From the NCBI GenBank assembly GCA_937967955.1, contig CALBUB010000015.1, forward strand, positions 758 through 64,757: a stretch of 64,000 nucleotides of DNA. The letters are read 5' to 3'. Each line of letters starts with the position of its first letter. Within the stretch, counting starts at the first letter, position 1. Under the pieces are notes generated by a model. The model was not told where the DNA came from. It saw only the letters and a list, made by a program, of their open reading frames with translations, and made no database searches. Position numbers and translations under genes: made by a program. This stretch comes from an uncultured Bacillota bacterium (GTDB lineage: Bacteria; Bacillota; Clostridia; Tissierellales; Tepidimicrobiaceae). This document shows positions 38,373 through 48,632 of the stretch, piece after piece.

Positions 38373-41300
38373 TTGCATCTGAAGAAAGTATGCATACAGG
38401 GTTTTAAATCCTTTGCTGATAGAACAGAAATAGAATTTAAAGAAGGAATTACAGCCATAGTTGGACCTAACGGAAGTGGTAAGAGCAATGTGTCTGATGC
38501 TATAAGGTGGGTGTTGGGAGAGCAGAGTGTAAAAGTATTAAGGGGTAATAAGATGGAGGATGTTATATTTTCAGGAACTGAAACTAGAAAGGCTCTAGGC
38601 TATGCTGAGGTTACCATAGTATTTGATAATAGGGATGGTAGTATACCTATAGATTATCAAGAAGTAGCTGTTACCAGAAGGATGTTTCGCTCAGGTGAGA
38701 GTGAGTACTATATAAATAAGAATTCATGTAGATTAAAAGATGTTAGAGAACTATTTATGGATACTGGTATAGGTAAAGATGGCTATTCAATTATCGGACA
38801 AGGCAGGATAGATGAAATACTTAGCACTAAACCTGAGGATAGGAGAAATATATTTGAAGAAGCGGCAGGAATAATTAAATATAAAGCCAAAAAAGCTGAA
38901 GCTGAAAAAAAGCTTGAGAGCACTAATAGTAATTTAATAAGGATAAAGGATATAATTTTAGAATTACAAAAGCAACATGACAGTTTGAAGGAACAAGCTA
39001 ATAAAGCAAGAATCTTTTTAGACCTTTCTAAAAAGGTTAAAGAAGTAGAAATAAATTTGTTAATTAGAGAAATTGAGGCATTAAGAGAAGAAATAGATAA
39101 TATTAAAGGCCAAAAGGAAAAAGTGGAAGAAAACTTAAATCTTTTACTTACACAGAGAAAAAAACTTGAAGATGAATTAAATACATTAAAAGAGAATATA
39201 AACCATAAAAATCAAATCTATGAAGCAGTTGAAAAAAGAAGGGAAGAGATATTAAGCACCATAAATGATAAAAAAAATCAGCTTATCTTATTAGAAGAAA
39301 ATATAAAGTTTTATAATAAGGACATGGAAAGGCTTAATCGTGAACTGGAAGATTTAAATCAGAAATTAATAAAGTTAAGAAGTGATAATGAATACTTATT
39401 AGAGGTTAGTGCAACAAGAGAAGAGGAATTAAGCTTAAATAGAGAAGATTTTTTACAAAGAAATAATAGAGTTAAAAAATTAAATGAAAAAATAAGCTTA
39501 ACTGAAGGGAAACTGCAAGATGGCAAAAATAGGCTTGTAGATCTATACAATTTGGCAGCTGAAAAAAGGAGCAAGTTAAATGGAATTCTTAGCTTTAAAG
39601 ATAATATTTCTAATAGAATAAGGGAAATAGAAAATGAAATAGATATACTTTTAGAGAAGATGGAAGAAAGCTATAAATATGTAGGCCAGTTGGAGAAAGA
39701 GGAAGAAGAAAAGAATAAACTCATAATTGAGGAAAATAAATACTTGACTAATTTAACCTTGGAAGAAAAAAGCCTTCAAGAAAAACTTGAAGAGATATAT
39801 GAGGAAATACAGCAAAACAAGGCTGATCTTCAAAGCAACATTGCCAACTTCAACATGTTAAAGAATATGGAAGATGGCTATGAAGGTTATTACAAAGGCG
39901 TTAAAAATCTTATGTTAGCCTATAAAAAAGATAATAGATTAAAGGATAGGCTAATAGGCCTTGTAGCAGAACTCATTAGAACAGATGAAAAATATGAAAA
40001 GGCCATCGAAGTAGCTTTAGGTGGAAGTTTACAAAATATAGTAACAAAGAATGAAGAGGATGCAAAATATATTATTAATTATTTAAGGGAGAAGAAACTA
40101 GGTCGAGTTACCCTTTTACCTCTTACTAATGTAAAGGGAAGTCCTATATACATAAATAAGGAGGATAGGGAAAAGTACAATATTTTAGGTTTAGGCTCTG
40201 AACTAGTTTTTTTTGATAATAAATTTAAGAATATAGTTGAGTATCTTTTGGGAAGAACCATAGTAGTGAACAACCTAGATGCTGCAACTAAAGTAGCAAG
40301 GAAATTTAATTACTCTTACAAAGTGGTTACTTTGGAAGGGGATATTGTAAATCCTGGTGGCTCTATGACAGGAGGCAGCTTGCCAAAGATTAATAACAAT
40401 CTATTAAATAGAAAGCATAGGCTGGAAAAGATAAAGGAAGAAATAAATAGCTTATTTAAAAAACAAGAGGAGCTAGAACAGGAAAAGGCAACATTACAGT
40501 CCATGTTAGAAAAGCATTCTGTAAAAATAAAGGAGCTGGAGAAAAAGCTTCATAATATTAATATAGATGTTGTTAAAATTGAAAATGAAAAGAATAAACA
40601 TTTATTAGAAATAGATAGAAGCAAGGAAACAATAGAAAAGTTGAGAAGGGAAAAGGAGCAATTAAGTTTAGAACTAAATTCAATAAACCAAGATGAGAGA
40701 AAAATAGAGGATGAAATAAGCTCTATTAACCAGCAAATAGAATTATTAAAGGAAGAAATTGAAAAATTAACGAAAAAATATGAAGAAGATAAAGAGCTTT
40801 TACAAAAAGAACTAGATGAGGTTACCGATTTTAAAATACAGCTAAATTTAATGGAAAATAAAATATTAGACAGTAAAGAAAGATTGACCCAAATAGAGGC
40901 TGAAATAGAGGAAACCACAAGTGGAATATTCAAGAAAAGAGATGAAATAAATAGTATAAAAGAAAGTGTAAATATTGTATCTAATAATATTTTTCAGACC
41001 AAAAATCAAATTGATGAATTAGAAGATAAAAAAGCTAAGCTGGATGCAGAACTTACTGAAATAAAAGCTCAAAGAGATAATATAATGGAGGCTTTTTATC
41101 AGATACAGGGTAATCTAATGGAAATTAACGAAAATATCAGTATTTTAGAAAAGGAGCTAAATAGATGGAATATTAAAGAAACAAGATGCAATATGAATTT
41201 GGATAATATATATGCTAGATTATTAGAAGAATATGGATTGGATTACGAAAAGGCAAAAGAGTTTTGGCATCCTATAGATAATATAGATACTGTTAAGAAA

Positions 41301-41951
41301 GAACTTTCAAAACTTAAGGATAAAATAAAGCAGTTGGGAAATGTAAATCTTAATTCTATTGAAGAGTATAAGGCTATTAGAGAAAGATTAGACTTTATAA
41401 AGAAGCAACATGATGATTTAATGATGGCTAAAGAGGATTTAGAAAAAGTAATTAAAGATATGGAAGAAGAGATGAAAGTCCAATTTATAAACAGCTTTAA
41501 TTCTATAAATAAAGAGTTCAATAATGTATTTTCTAAGTTATTTAATGGAGGAAAAGCAAGTTTAGAACTGGAAGACGAAAAAGATGTGTTAAATTGTGGT
41601 ATAGAGATTAAGGCCCAGCCTCCAGGTAGAAAATTACAGACTTTAAACCTTCTTTCTGGGGGAGAAAAGTCTTTAACTGCAGTAGCTTTATTATTTGCCA
41701 TAATGAATATAAAGCCGGCACCTTTTTGTATTTTAGATGAGATAGATGCAGCTTTAGATGATGCTAATATAGATAAATATGCTGAATACCTAAAAAATCT
41801 TGCCAAAGATACCCAATTTATAGTAATAACCCACAGGAAAGGTACCATGGAAGCAGCCAATGTTCTATATGGGGTTACAATGGAGGAAGAAGGTGTTAGC
41901 AAAGTACTGTCAGTAAAGCTTACTGATGCCCTAGGTGAAAAAGCTAGTTAA
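38373..41951 (+). CDS. smc: Chromosome partition protein Smc
   Basis: Walker A GPNGSGKSN, hinge, signature LSGGEK, Walker B ILDEIDAALD. TTG 38373 gives MHLKKVCIQGFKSF, which is family-typical; the track start is GTG 38364. Confidence 0.95.
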   Translation: MHLKKVCIQGFKSFADRTEIEFKEGITAIVGPNGSGKSNVSDAIRWVLGEQSVKVLRGNKMEDVIFSGTETRKALGYAEVTIVFDNRDGSIPIDYQEVAVTRRMFRSGESEYYINKNSCRLKDVRELFMDTGIGKDGYSIIGQGRIDEILSTKPEDRRNIFEEAAGIIKYKAKKAEAEKKLESTNSNLIRIKDIILELQKQHDSLKEQANKARIFLDLSKKVKEVEINLLIREIEALREEIDNIKGQKEKVEENLNLLLTQRKKLEDELNTLKENINHKNQIYEAVEKRREEILSTINDKKNQLILLEENIKFYNKDMERLNRELEDLNQKLIKLRSDNEYLLEVSATREEELSLNREDFLQRNNRVKKLNEKISLTEGKLQDGKNRLVDLYNLAAEKRSKLNGILSFKDNISNRIREIENEIDILLEKMEESYKYVGQLEKEEEEKNKLIIEENKYLTNLTLEEKSLQEKLEEIYEEIQQNKADLQSNIANFNMLKNMEDGYEGYYKGVKNLMLAYKKDNRLKDRLIGLVAELIRTDEKYEKAIEVALGGSLQNIVTKNEEDAKYIINYLREKKLGRVTLLPLTNVKGSPIYINKEDREKYNILGLGSELVFFDNKFKNIVEYLLGRTIVVNNLDAATKVARKFNYSYKVVTLEGDIVNPGGSMTGGSLPKINNNLLNRKHRLEKIKEEINSLFKKQEELEQEKATLQSMLEKHSVKIKELEKKLHNINIDVVKIENEKNKHLLEIDRSKETIEKLRREKEQLSLELNSINQDERKIEDEISSINQQIELLKEEIEKLTKKYEEDKELLQKELDEVTDFKIQLNLMENKILDSKERLTQIEAEIEETTSGIFKKRDEINSIKESVNIVSNNIFQTKNQIDELEDKKAKLDAELTEIKAQRDNIMEAFYQIQGNLMEINENISILEKELNRWNIKETRCNMNLDNIYARLLEEYGLDYEKAKEFWHPIDNIDTVKKELSKLKDKIKQLGNVNLNSIEEYKAIRERLDFIKKQHDDLMMAKEDLEKVIKDMEEEMKVQFINSFNSINKEFNNVFSKLFNGGKASLELEDEKDVLNCGIEIKAQPPGRKLQTLNLLSGGEKSLTAVALLFAIMNIKPAPFCILDEIDAALDDANIDKYAEYLKNLAKDTQFIVITHRKGTMEAANVLYGVTMEEEGVSKVLSVKLTDALGEKAS

Positions 41952-41963
41952 GGAGGAAAGATA

Positions 41964-42974
41964 ATGTTTAAAAACTTGTTTAATAGGGATAAAAAAGCTG
42001 TAAAAAACACCAGTGAAGAAGAAAAGATTATTGATAAAACAGCAGAGGAAGAAAAAAGCCCTAGCCTATTTGAAAGACTAAAAGCTGGCCTTAATAAGAC
42101 GAGAAAAGGAATGACAGAAAGAATCGATGCGGTGTTGAAGTCCTATGGAAAGATTGATGATGAATTATTCGATGAACTAGAAGAAATACTTGTAACTGCT
42201 GATGTGGGAATAAATACTACAATGGAAATTATAGATCGACTAAGAGACAGGGTTAAGGAGAAAAAAGTTTCCGAACCAGATAAAGTAAAAGAATTGTTAA
42301 AAGAACAGATAAAAGAGAGCATGACAGAAGCTATTGAAGATAATAGTTTAAATGTGGACAAATCACCCTCAGTCATATTGGTTGTTGGAGTTAACGGAGT
42401 TGGAAAAACTACTACCATAGGAAAACTAGCCTATAAACTTAAAAACAGTGGAAAAAAGGTAATAGTTGCAGCTGGTGATACTTTTAGGGCTGCTGCTATT
42501 GAACAATTGGAAGAATGGAGTATAAGAGCAAATACTGAAATAATAAAACATCAGGAAGGAGCTGACCCAGCAGCAGTAATATATGATGGTATTCAGGCTG
42601 CTAAAGCAAGAAAAGCCGACGTACTTATCTGCGATACTGCTGGCAGACTTCATAATAAGAAAAACTTAATGAATGAACTGAATAAAATATTTAGGGTTGT
42701 GGATAAGGAGTTTTCTGAGGCTAATAAAGAGGTTTTACTAGTATTAGATGCTACTACTGGCCAGAATGCAATTAATCAAGCAAAACATTTTAAAGAAGTT
42801 TGCGACATAACGGGTGTAGCTTTAACTAAGCTTGATGGGACTGCTAAAGGGGGAATAGTAATAGCCCTACAAGCAGAGTTAAAGCTTCCAATTAAGCTAG
42901 TAGGTGTGGGAGAAGGTATAGAAGATCTTCAAGAGTTTAATATAGACGATTTTGTTGAAGCCCTATTTAATTAG
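41964..42974 (+). CDS. ftsY: Signal recognition particle receptor FtsY
   Basis: GVNGVGKTTT, DTAGR and TKLDG motifs. Confidence 0.95.
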   Translation: MFKNLFNRDKKAVKNTSEEEKIIDKTAEEEKSPSLFERLKAGLNKTRKGMTERIDAVLKSYGKIDDELFDELEEILVTADVGINTTMEIIDRLRDRVKEKKVSEPDKVKELLKEQIKESMTEAIEDNSLNVDKSPSVILVVGVNGVGKTTTIGKLAYKLKNSGKKVIVAAGDTFRAAAIEQLEEWSIRANTEIIKHQEGADPAAVIYDGIQAAKARKADVLICDTAGRLHNKKNLMNELNKIFRVVDKEFSEANKEVLLVLDATTGQNAINQAKHFKEVCDITGVALTKLDGTAKGGIVIALQAELKLPIKLVGVGEGIEDLQEFNIDDFVEALFN

Positions 42975-42986
42975 TTGAAATAATTA

Positions 42987-43015
42987 TTGACAAGTACATG
43001 TAATTATAATAAAAT
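42987..43015 (+). promoter_or_regulatory. Sigma-A type promoter candidate upstream of ylxM-ffh
   Basis: TTGACA (42987-42992), 17-nt spacer, TAAAAT (43010-43015). Confidence 0.45.
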
Positions 43016-43053
43016 AGTACTGTCAAGCTAATAGCTTGACAGTACTATTTTAT
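43015..43053 (+). terminator. Perfect 15-bp palindrome plus T tract: smc-ftsY terminator and/or operator/attenuator for ylxM-ffh
   Basis: TAGTACTGTCAAGCT-AAT-AGCTTGACAGTACTA (43015-43047) followed by TTTTAT. Confidence 0.6.
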
Positions 43054-43062
43054 GGTGATAAA

Positions 43063-43446
43063 ATGGTTAAAAAATTAGTTGAGGTGGCAATTTTGTTTGA
43101 TTTTTATGGGAAACTGTTAAGTGAAAAACAGTGTACAGTTGTAGATCTATATTATAATTATGATCTTTCTTTAGCTGAAATTGGGGAAGAATTAGGTATT
43201 AGCAGGCAAGGAGTATACGACATTTTAAAGAGAGCAGAAGAAAATTTATATCAATATGAAGAAACACTGCAACTTGTCCATAGATTTTATAATAATAAAA
43301 AAGAGCTCAAATATATACAGGGGCTAGTTTTAGAAATTGAAGAAGAATGTAAAGGTGGTAATATAGAAAATATTGCTGAAAAGGTCCACAAGCTAAAGAA
43401 GGCATTAGGAAGAATAATTGGTGATAACCAGGAGGTTGTTAATTAA
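43063..43446 (+). CDS. ylxM: YlxM (UPF0122) helix-turn-helix protein of the ffh operon
   Basis: LFDFYGKLLSEKQ and an HTH (LSLAEIGEELGISRQGVYD). Stop overlaps the ffh ATG (TAATG). The track start TTG 43036 lies inside the palindrome. Alternative start TTG 43093 follows GAGGTGG. Confidence 0.85.
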   Translation: MVKKLVEVAILFDFYGKLLSEKQCTVVDLYYNYDLSLAEIGEELGISRQGVYDILKRAEENLYQYEETLQLVHRFYNNKKELKYIQGLVLEIEEECKGGNIENIAEKVHKLKKALGRIIGDNQEVVN

Positions 43447-44786
43447 TGGTTTTTGAAAGTCTATCTGAGAAACTGCAGAATGCACTGAGTAAACTTAGAA
43501 GCAAAGGAAAGCTTACCGAAAAAGATGTAGATGTTGCTATGAGGGAAGTTAGGCTTGCTCTTTTGGAAGCTGATGTTAATTATAAAGTAGTTAAAGATTT
43601 CGTAAAAAATGTAAAAAGCAGGGCAATTGGTACAGAAGTTATGGAAAGCTTGACTCCTGGGCAACAAGTTGTGAAAATTGTCAATGAAGAGCTAACTAAT
43701 TTGATGGGAGAAAAGGAAGCAAAATTAAATTTTTCCCCTAAGCCTCCAACGGTTGTGTTAATGTGTGGTTTACAAGGTTCTGGTAAGACTACAACTTCAG
43801 GTAAATTAGCTTATAACCTATTAAAGCAAAATAAAAAACCTTTATTAGTAGCTTGTGATATATACAGACCTGCAGCAATAAAGCAATTAGAAGTTGTAGG
43901 TGAAAAAGTAGGAGTGCCTGTTTTTACTATGGGGGATAAAATAAGTCCAGTAGATATAGCAAAAGCTGCTATTGAATATGGAAAGAAAAACAGCCATGAT
44001 TGGATAATAATAGATACAGCTGGAAGATTACATGTAGATGAAGAACTTATGGAGGAATTACAGAACATTAAGGAAGCAGTTGAGCCAAATGAAATACTTT
44101 TAGTTGTAGATGCTATGACAGGTCAAGATGCTGTAAATGTTGCTCAAACTTTTAATGAAAGACTTGACATAACAGGTATTGTACTAACTAAACTAGATGG
44201 AGATGCAAGGGGTGGAGCTGCCTTATCCATAAGGGCAGTAACAGGTAAACCTATAAAATTTGTTGGTATGGGCGAAAAACTTGATCAGCTAGAGCCTTTC
44301 CATCCAGATAGAATGGCATCCAGAATACTAGGCATGGGTGATGTATTAAGCTTAATAGAAAAAGCCCAAGCATCTATTGATGAAAAGAAGGCTAAGGAAT
44401 TAGAAAAAAAGATTCTGTCACAACAGTTTACCCTAGATGATTTCTTAGATCAAATAGAGCAAATGAGAAATTTAGGGCCATTAGATGAGATTTTAGGGAT
44501 GCTTCCCGGTATTAACTCTAAGGCCTTAAAGAATATAGATATAGATGAAAAAGAAATAGTTAAAATCCAAGCTATAATCCAGTCTATGACTAAGGAGGAA
44601 AGAGCAAATCCTTCTATTATTGATAGTAGTAGGAGAAAGAGAATAGCAAGAGGAAGTGGAACAACCGTACAAGATGTTAACAGACTTCTTAAGCAGTTTA
44701 AAGAAACTAAGAAGATGATGAAGAGATTCACTGATATGGGAAAAACTATGAAGAAAAAAGGGAGAAGAAAATTTCCCTTTTTCTAG
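43446..44786 (+). CDS. ffh: Signal recognition particle protein Ffh
   Basis: GLQGSGKTTT, DTAGRLH and TKLDGDARGGAALS motifs, plus a Met-rich M domain. Confidence 0.96.
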   Translation: MVFESLSEKLQNALSKLRSKGKLTEKDVDVAMREVRLALLEADVNYKVVKDFVKNVKSRAIGTEVMESLTPGQQVVKIVNEELTNLMGEKEAKLNFSPKPPTVVLMCGLQGSGKTTTSGKLAYNLLKQNKKPLLVACDIYRPAAIKQLEVVGEKVGVPVFTMGDKISPVDIAKAAIEYGKKNSHDWIIIDTAGRLHVDEELMEELQNIKEAVEPNEILLVVDAMTGQDAVNVAQTFNERLDITGIVLTKLDGDARGGAALSIRAVTGKPIKFVGMGEKLDQLEPFHPDRMASRILGMGDVLSLIEKAQASIDEKKAKELEKKILSQQFTLDDFLDQIEQMRNLGPLDEILGMLPGINSKALKNIDIDEKEIVKIQAIIQSMTKEERANPSIIDSSRRKRIARGSGTTVQDVNRLLKQFKETKKMMKRFTDMGKTMKKKGRRKFPFF

Positions 44787-44823
44787 ATAGATATTTATAA
44801 CAGAAAATAGAGGAGGTGTAAAG

Positions 44824-45090
44824 ATGGCTGTAAAAATAAGATTAAAAAGAATGGGTGCCAAGAAAAGGCCTTTTTATAGAATTGTAGTTGCAGATTCTCG
44901 CTCACCAAGAGATGGCCGTTTTATTGAAGAAATAGGATATTACAACCCATTAACTGATCCTATAACAGTTAAGATTGACGATGAAAAGGCTATCAAATGG
45001 TTAAACAATGGAGCAAAACCTACAGATACTGTTGACAGGCTATTTAAAGAAAATGGAATCTATGAAAAAAGAAATGAAAAGGCAGAATAA
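44824..45090 (+). CDS. rpsP: 30S ribosomal protein S16
   Basis: [26 protein letters not shown]. Confidence 0.95.
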   Translation: MAVKIRLKRMGAKKRPFYRIVVADSRSPRDGRFIEEIGYYNPLTDPITVKIDDEKAIKWLNNGAKPTDTVDRLFKENGIYEKRNEKAE

Positions 45091-45111
45091 TAGCTTTAGG
45101 AGGTGTAGCAA

Positions 45112-45342
45112 GTGGGTGAATTAGTTGAAATAATAGCAAAGGCGCTAGTAGACAATCCAGATCAAGTAGAGGTAAATGAAGTAGAAGGGACTCAATCAAT
45201 AATCATAGAACTAAAAGTAGCAGAAGAAGATATGGGTAAAATCATTGGAAAACAAGGAAGGATAGCAAAAGCTATTAGAACTGTTGTTAAAGCAGCTGCA
45301 ATTAAGGAAAATAAAAGAGTAGTAGTTGAAATTTTACAGTAA
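45112..45342 (+). CDS. ylqC: KH-domain RNA-binding protein YlqC
   Basis: 76 aa with the [19 protein letters not shown] motif. GTG start after AGGAGGTG. Confidence 0.9.
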   Translation: MGELVEIIAKALVDNPDQVEVNEVEGTQSIIIELKVAEEDMGKIIGKQGRIAKAIRTVVKAAAIKENKRVVVEILQ

Positions 45343-45405
45343 TTGATACTAAGGGTGCCTGTTAAAGGATAGGGTACCCTTTCTGTATAAATGGCAGGTG
45401 AGTAT

Positions 45406-45909
45406 ATGGATTATATAAAAGTTGGAAGGATCACAAATACTCATGGAATAAAAGGAGAATTAAGAGTATTTCCTTTAACAGATAATATAGAGAGGTTTAA
45501 TGATTTAAAAATAGTTTATTTGGGAGATAATAAGGAAAAAGTGGAAATTGAAGATGTAAAGTATCATAAGGGCCTAGCAATAATTAAATTTAAAGAATTT
45601 GACAATATTAATCAAGTCTTAAAATTTAAGGATGAATTTGTATATATAGATGCTGAAGACAAAGTCCAATTGCCAGAAGACCATTATTTCATCTTTGATA
45701 TTGTAGATTGTACAGTATATGATACTGTGGGTAATAAAATAGGAGTAGTAACCGATGTCCTACTGTACTCAGCTAACGATGTATATGTGGTAAAAGCTCA
45801 TGACAAAGATAAAGAATATTTAATTCCAGCAGTAAAAGAATTTGTTAAAGAGGTTGATATACAAAATAAAAAAATAATAATAGACCCTATTGAGGGAATG
45901 ATAGAATGA
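45406..45909 (+). CDS. rimM: 16S rRNA processing protein RimM
   Basis: [17 protein letters not shown]-terminus and a PRC-barrel C-terminus. ATG 45406 follows AGGTGA. Confidence 0.92.
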   Translation: MDYIKVGRITNTHGIKGELRVFPLTDNIERFNDLKIVYLGDNKEKVEIEDVKYHKGLAIIKFKEFDNINQVLKFKDEFVYIDAEDKVQLPEDHYFIFDIVDCTVYDTVGNKIGVVTDVLLYSANDVYVVKAHDKDKEYLIPAVKEFVKEVDIQNKKIIIDPIEGMIE

Positions 45910-46631
45910 GAATAGATATACTTACTTTATTTCCTGATTTTTTTAATACTTTTAAAGAGTGGAGTATTATAGGTAGGGCAATAGATAGAGGTATATTTTC
46001 TCTAAATATAATTAATATCAGAGATTTTTCTAAGGATAAACATAAGAGAGTAGATGATTATCCTTTTGGTGGAGGCCCTGGTATGATAATGAAGCCAGAG
46101 CCTATTTATGACGCTATTTTTAGCGTAAAAAGTAATGAAGCCCTAGTTATTTATCTTTCACCCCAAGGAAAAGTTTTTAATCAAGAATTAGCTAAGACGC
46201 TATCTAAAGAAAAACACTTAATACTATTGTGTGGCCATTATGAAGGAATAGATAATAGAATAGTAGAAAATTATGTTGATATGGAAATATCCATTGGAGA
46301 TTATGTATTAACAGGTGGGGAAATACCTGCTATGGTATTAATAGATTCTATTGTGAGGCTACTTCCTGGAGTTTTAAGTAGTGAAGTAGCTTACATGGAT
46401 GAGTCTCATTATAATGGCTTATTAGAGTATCCACAATATACAAGACCTAGAGTTTTTAATGGTTTAGCTGTACCTGAAGTATTACTTTCAGGTAATCATA
46501 AAAAAATTAAGGAATGGAGAGAGTATCAAGCTTTAAAAAATACTCTTTTAAAAAGGCCCGACTTGTTAGAAAAGCGTAAACTATCAGAAAAGGAATTAGA
46601 AATACTAGAAAGAATAAAAAAATTAAAATAA
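45906..46631 (+). CDS. trmD: tRNA (guanine37-N1)-methyltransferase TrmD
   Basis: [10 protein letters not shown].. and [18 protein letters not shown] motifs. ATGA overlap with rimM. Confidence 0.95.
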   Translation: MRIDILTLFPDFFNTFKEWSIIGRAIDRGIFSLNIINIRDFSKDKHKRVDDYPFGGGPGMIMKPEPIYDAIFSVKSNEALVIYLSPQGKVFNQELAKTLSKEKHLILLCGHYEGIDNRIVENYVDMEISIGDYVLTGGEIPAMVLIDSIVRLLPGVLSSEVAYMDESHYNGLLEYPQYTRPRVFNGLAVPEVLLSGNHKKIKEWREYQALKNTLLKRPDLLEKRKLSEKELEILERIKKLK

Positions 46632-46637
46632 TTGAAG

Positions 46638-46666
46638 TTGTTTTTTAAATCCACATATGTTATAAT
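46638..46666 (+). promoter_or_regulatory. Sigma-A type promoter for rplS
   Basis: TTGTTT (46638-46643), 17-nt spacer, TGtTATAAT extended -10 (TATAAT 46661-46666). Confidence 0.55.
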
Positions 46667-46672
46667 ACTCAC

Positions 46673-46742
46673 CGTATGAAACTACGGATGGTCCTCTGTC
46701 GTAATAGCGGCATGAACATCTATGTAGAAGGGAGGTTTAGTC
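46673..46742 (+). promoter_or_regulatory. Structured rplS 5' leader (candidate L19 autoregulatory leader)
   Basis: About 70 nt between the predicted transcription start and the ATG. Hairpin CCGTA-TGAAAC-TACGG, further GATG/CATC and GUCG/CGGC pairings, and a CCUC tract able to pair with the SD GGGAGG. L19 leaders are known in Firmicutes. Confidence 0.4.
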
Positions 46743-47090
46743 ATGGATATTATCAGAGCAATAGAAGCTGAACAGATGAAAGAAAATATACCAGCTTTCA
46801 ATGTTGGTGATACTGTTAAAGTTCACTATAGGGTAAAAGAAGGAAATAGAGAAAGAATCCAAGTATTTGAAGGAACTGTTTTAAAGAGACAAGGTGGAGG
46901 AATTAGAGAAACATTTACTGTAAGAAGAGTTTCTTACGGTGTAGGCGTAGAAAGAACCTTCCCATTACATTCACCAAGAGTTGAGAAGATTGAAGTAACT
47001 AGAAGAGGTAGAGTAAGAAGAGCCAAGCTTTATTACTTAAGAGAAAGAGAAGGTAAGGCGGCTAGAGTAAAGGAAAAGAAGAGATATTAA
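46743..47090 (+). CDS. rplS: 50S ribosomal protein L19
   Basis: [28 protein letters not shown] signature. Confidence 0.95.
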   Translation: MDIIRAIEAEQMKENIPAFNVGDTVKVHYRVKEGNRERIQVFEGTVLKRQGGGIRETFTVRRVSYGVGVERTFPLHSPRVEKIEVTRRGRVRRAKLYYLREREGKAARVKEKKRY

Positions 47091-47096
47091 TAAACT

Positions 47097-47122
47097 GGGA
47101 CTTTTATAGTCCCTTTTTATTT
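47097..47122 (+). terminator. Rho-independent terminator after rplS
   Basis: GGGACT-TTTAT-AGTCCC followed by TTTTTATTT. Confidence 0.8.
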
Positions 47123-47143
47123 ACTTTAAAAGCAGGTGATAAT

Positions 47144-47992
47144 ATGAATATAAATTGGTACCCTGGCCATATGAAGAAAACAAAGGAAGCAATCAAAAAA
47201 AGCCTTCCTTTAATCGATATAGTATATGAAGTGGTAGATGCTAGAATTCCAGTAAGCAGCCAAAATCCAGATATAGACAATATAATTGGAAACAAACCGA
47301 GAATTAAGATTTTAAATAAGTCAGATTTGGCTAATGAAAAGGCTAACAAAATGTGGATAGAATTTTTTAAAAAAAAAGGTATTCCCGCTGTTTTAGTTGA
47401 TTCTTTAAACAATAAAGGTATAAATCATATTATTGACATGTCTAATAGTTTAACCTATGAAAAGAGAAAAAAATTAGCAGCAAAAGGCATAAAAAGTAAA
47501 GTTGTAAGGGTAATGATTGTAGGCATTCCCAATGTGGGAAAGTCAACTCTAATCAATAGTTTGTCTAAGCGAAAGGGAGCAAAAGTTGGAAATAAACCTG
47601 GTGTTACTAGGGCTAACCAGTGGATAAAAGCTAAGGGTAATATTGAACTATTAGATACACCAGGTATACTATGGCCTAAATTTCAAGATAAAAATGTAGC
47701 ATTAAACTTAGCTTTTACAGGGGCTATAAAGGATGAATTGTTAGATATAGAAACTTTAACCATTAAGCTGGTAGAGAAATTAAATTCTATATCAGAGGAA
47801 TATATTGAAGAACGTTACAAAGTTTCTGTTAAGGATAAGAGTGCCTATGATATTATACTAGAAATAGGTAAAAAAAGAGGTTGTATAGTAACAGGTGGAG
47901 AGGTTGATTTTAGTAAGGCTTGTAATATAATTTTAGATGAATTTAGGAAAGGAATCATTGGTAGAATTACTTTGGAGTTGCCTGAGAAATAG
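47144..47992 (+). CDS. rbgA: Ribosome biogenesis GTPase A (RbgA/YlqF)
   Basis: Circularly permuted GTPase: NKSDL precedes GIPNVGKST. N-terminus MNINWYPGHM. Confidence 0.93.
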   Translation: MNINWYPGHMKKTKEAIKKSLPLIDIVYEVVDARIPVSSQNPDIDNIIGNKPRIKILNKSDLANEKANKMWIEFFKKKGIPAVLVDSLNNKGINHIIDMSNSLTYEKRKKLAAKGIKSKVVRVMIVGIPNVGKSTLINSLSKRKGAKVGNKPGVTRANQWIKAKGNIELLDTPGILWPKFQDKNVALNLAFTGAIKDELLDIETLTIKLVEKLNSISEEYIEERYKVSVKDKSAYDIILEIGKKRGCIVTGGEVDFSKACNIILDEFRKGIIGRITLELPEK

Positions 47993-48004
47993 GGAGGTTT
48001 TATA

Positions 48005-48616
48005 TTGCTAGAAACTGAAAAAGAACTAAAGGATAAAGGCTACAATTTAATTGCCTGTATTGACGAAGTAGGTAGAGGTTGTTTGGCTGGTGACGTAGTG
48101 GCTTGTGCAATTATAATGCCATTAGATAATATAGTTTCTGGGGTCAAAGATTCGAAAAAGCTTACTCCTAAAAAAAGAGAAAAATTATATTATGAAATAT
48201 TAGATAAGGCCATAGCAGTAGGCTTTGGACAAGTTAGTCCAGCTATAATTGACCAAGTAAATATTAAGGAAAGCACTAAATTAGCAATGAAAAAAGCAGT
48301 AGAAAATATGAAAAACAAAAAAGGTGAAAAGGTAACTCCAGACTATCTATTGATTGATGCTGAAAGTATTCCTGTTGATATACCCCAAGAAAGCATAGTT
48401 AAAGGGGATGAAAAGGTATATGGAATAGCTTGCGCTTCCATAGTAGCTAAAGTTTATAGAGATAAATTATGTGAAAAGTGGGGAAGTGAGTTTAAAGGAT
48501 ATAGTATAGAAAAGAATAAAGGTTACGGTACTAAAGAACACAGGGAGGCTATCAAAAAATTAGGTCCTTCCCCTATTCACAGGATGAGTTTTTTAGGCAA
48601 TATTTTAAATAAATAA
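48005..48616 (+). CDS. rnhB: Ribonuclease HII
   Basis: DEVGRGCLAG active-site motif. TTG start after GGGAGG. Confidence 0.93.
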   Translation: MLETEKELKDKGYNLIACIDEVGRGCLAGDVVACAIIMPLDNIVSGVKDSKKLTPKKREKLYYEILDKAIAVGFGQVSPAIIDQVNIKESTKLAMKKAVENMKNKKGEKVTPDYLLIDAESIPVDIPQESIVKGDEKVYGIACASIVAKVYRDKLCEKWGSEFKGYSIEKNKGYGTKEHREAIKKLGPSPIHRMSFLGNILNK

Positions 48617-48632
48617 TAAAGGCTGTGAAAGT

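Noticed and set aside
45343-45405. Possible terminator between ylqC and rimM (AAGGGT...ACCCTT).
   Set aside because: Only a 6-bp stem with a long loop and no convincing T tract. More likely these genes are co-transcribed.
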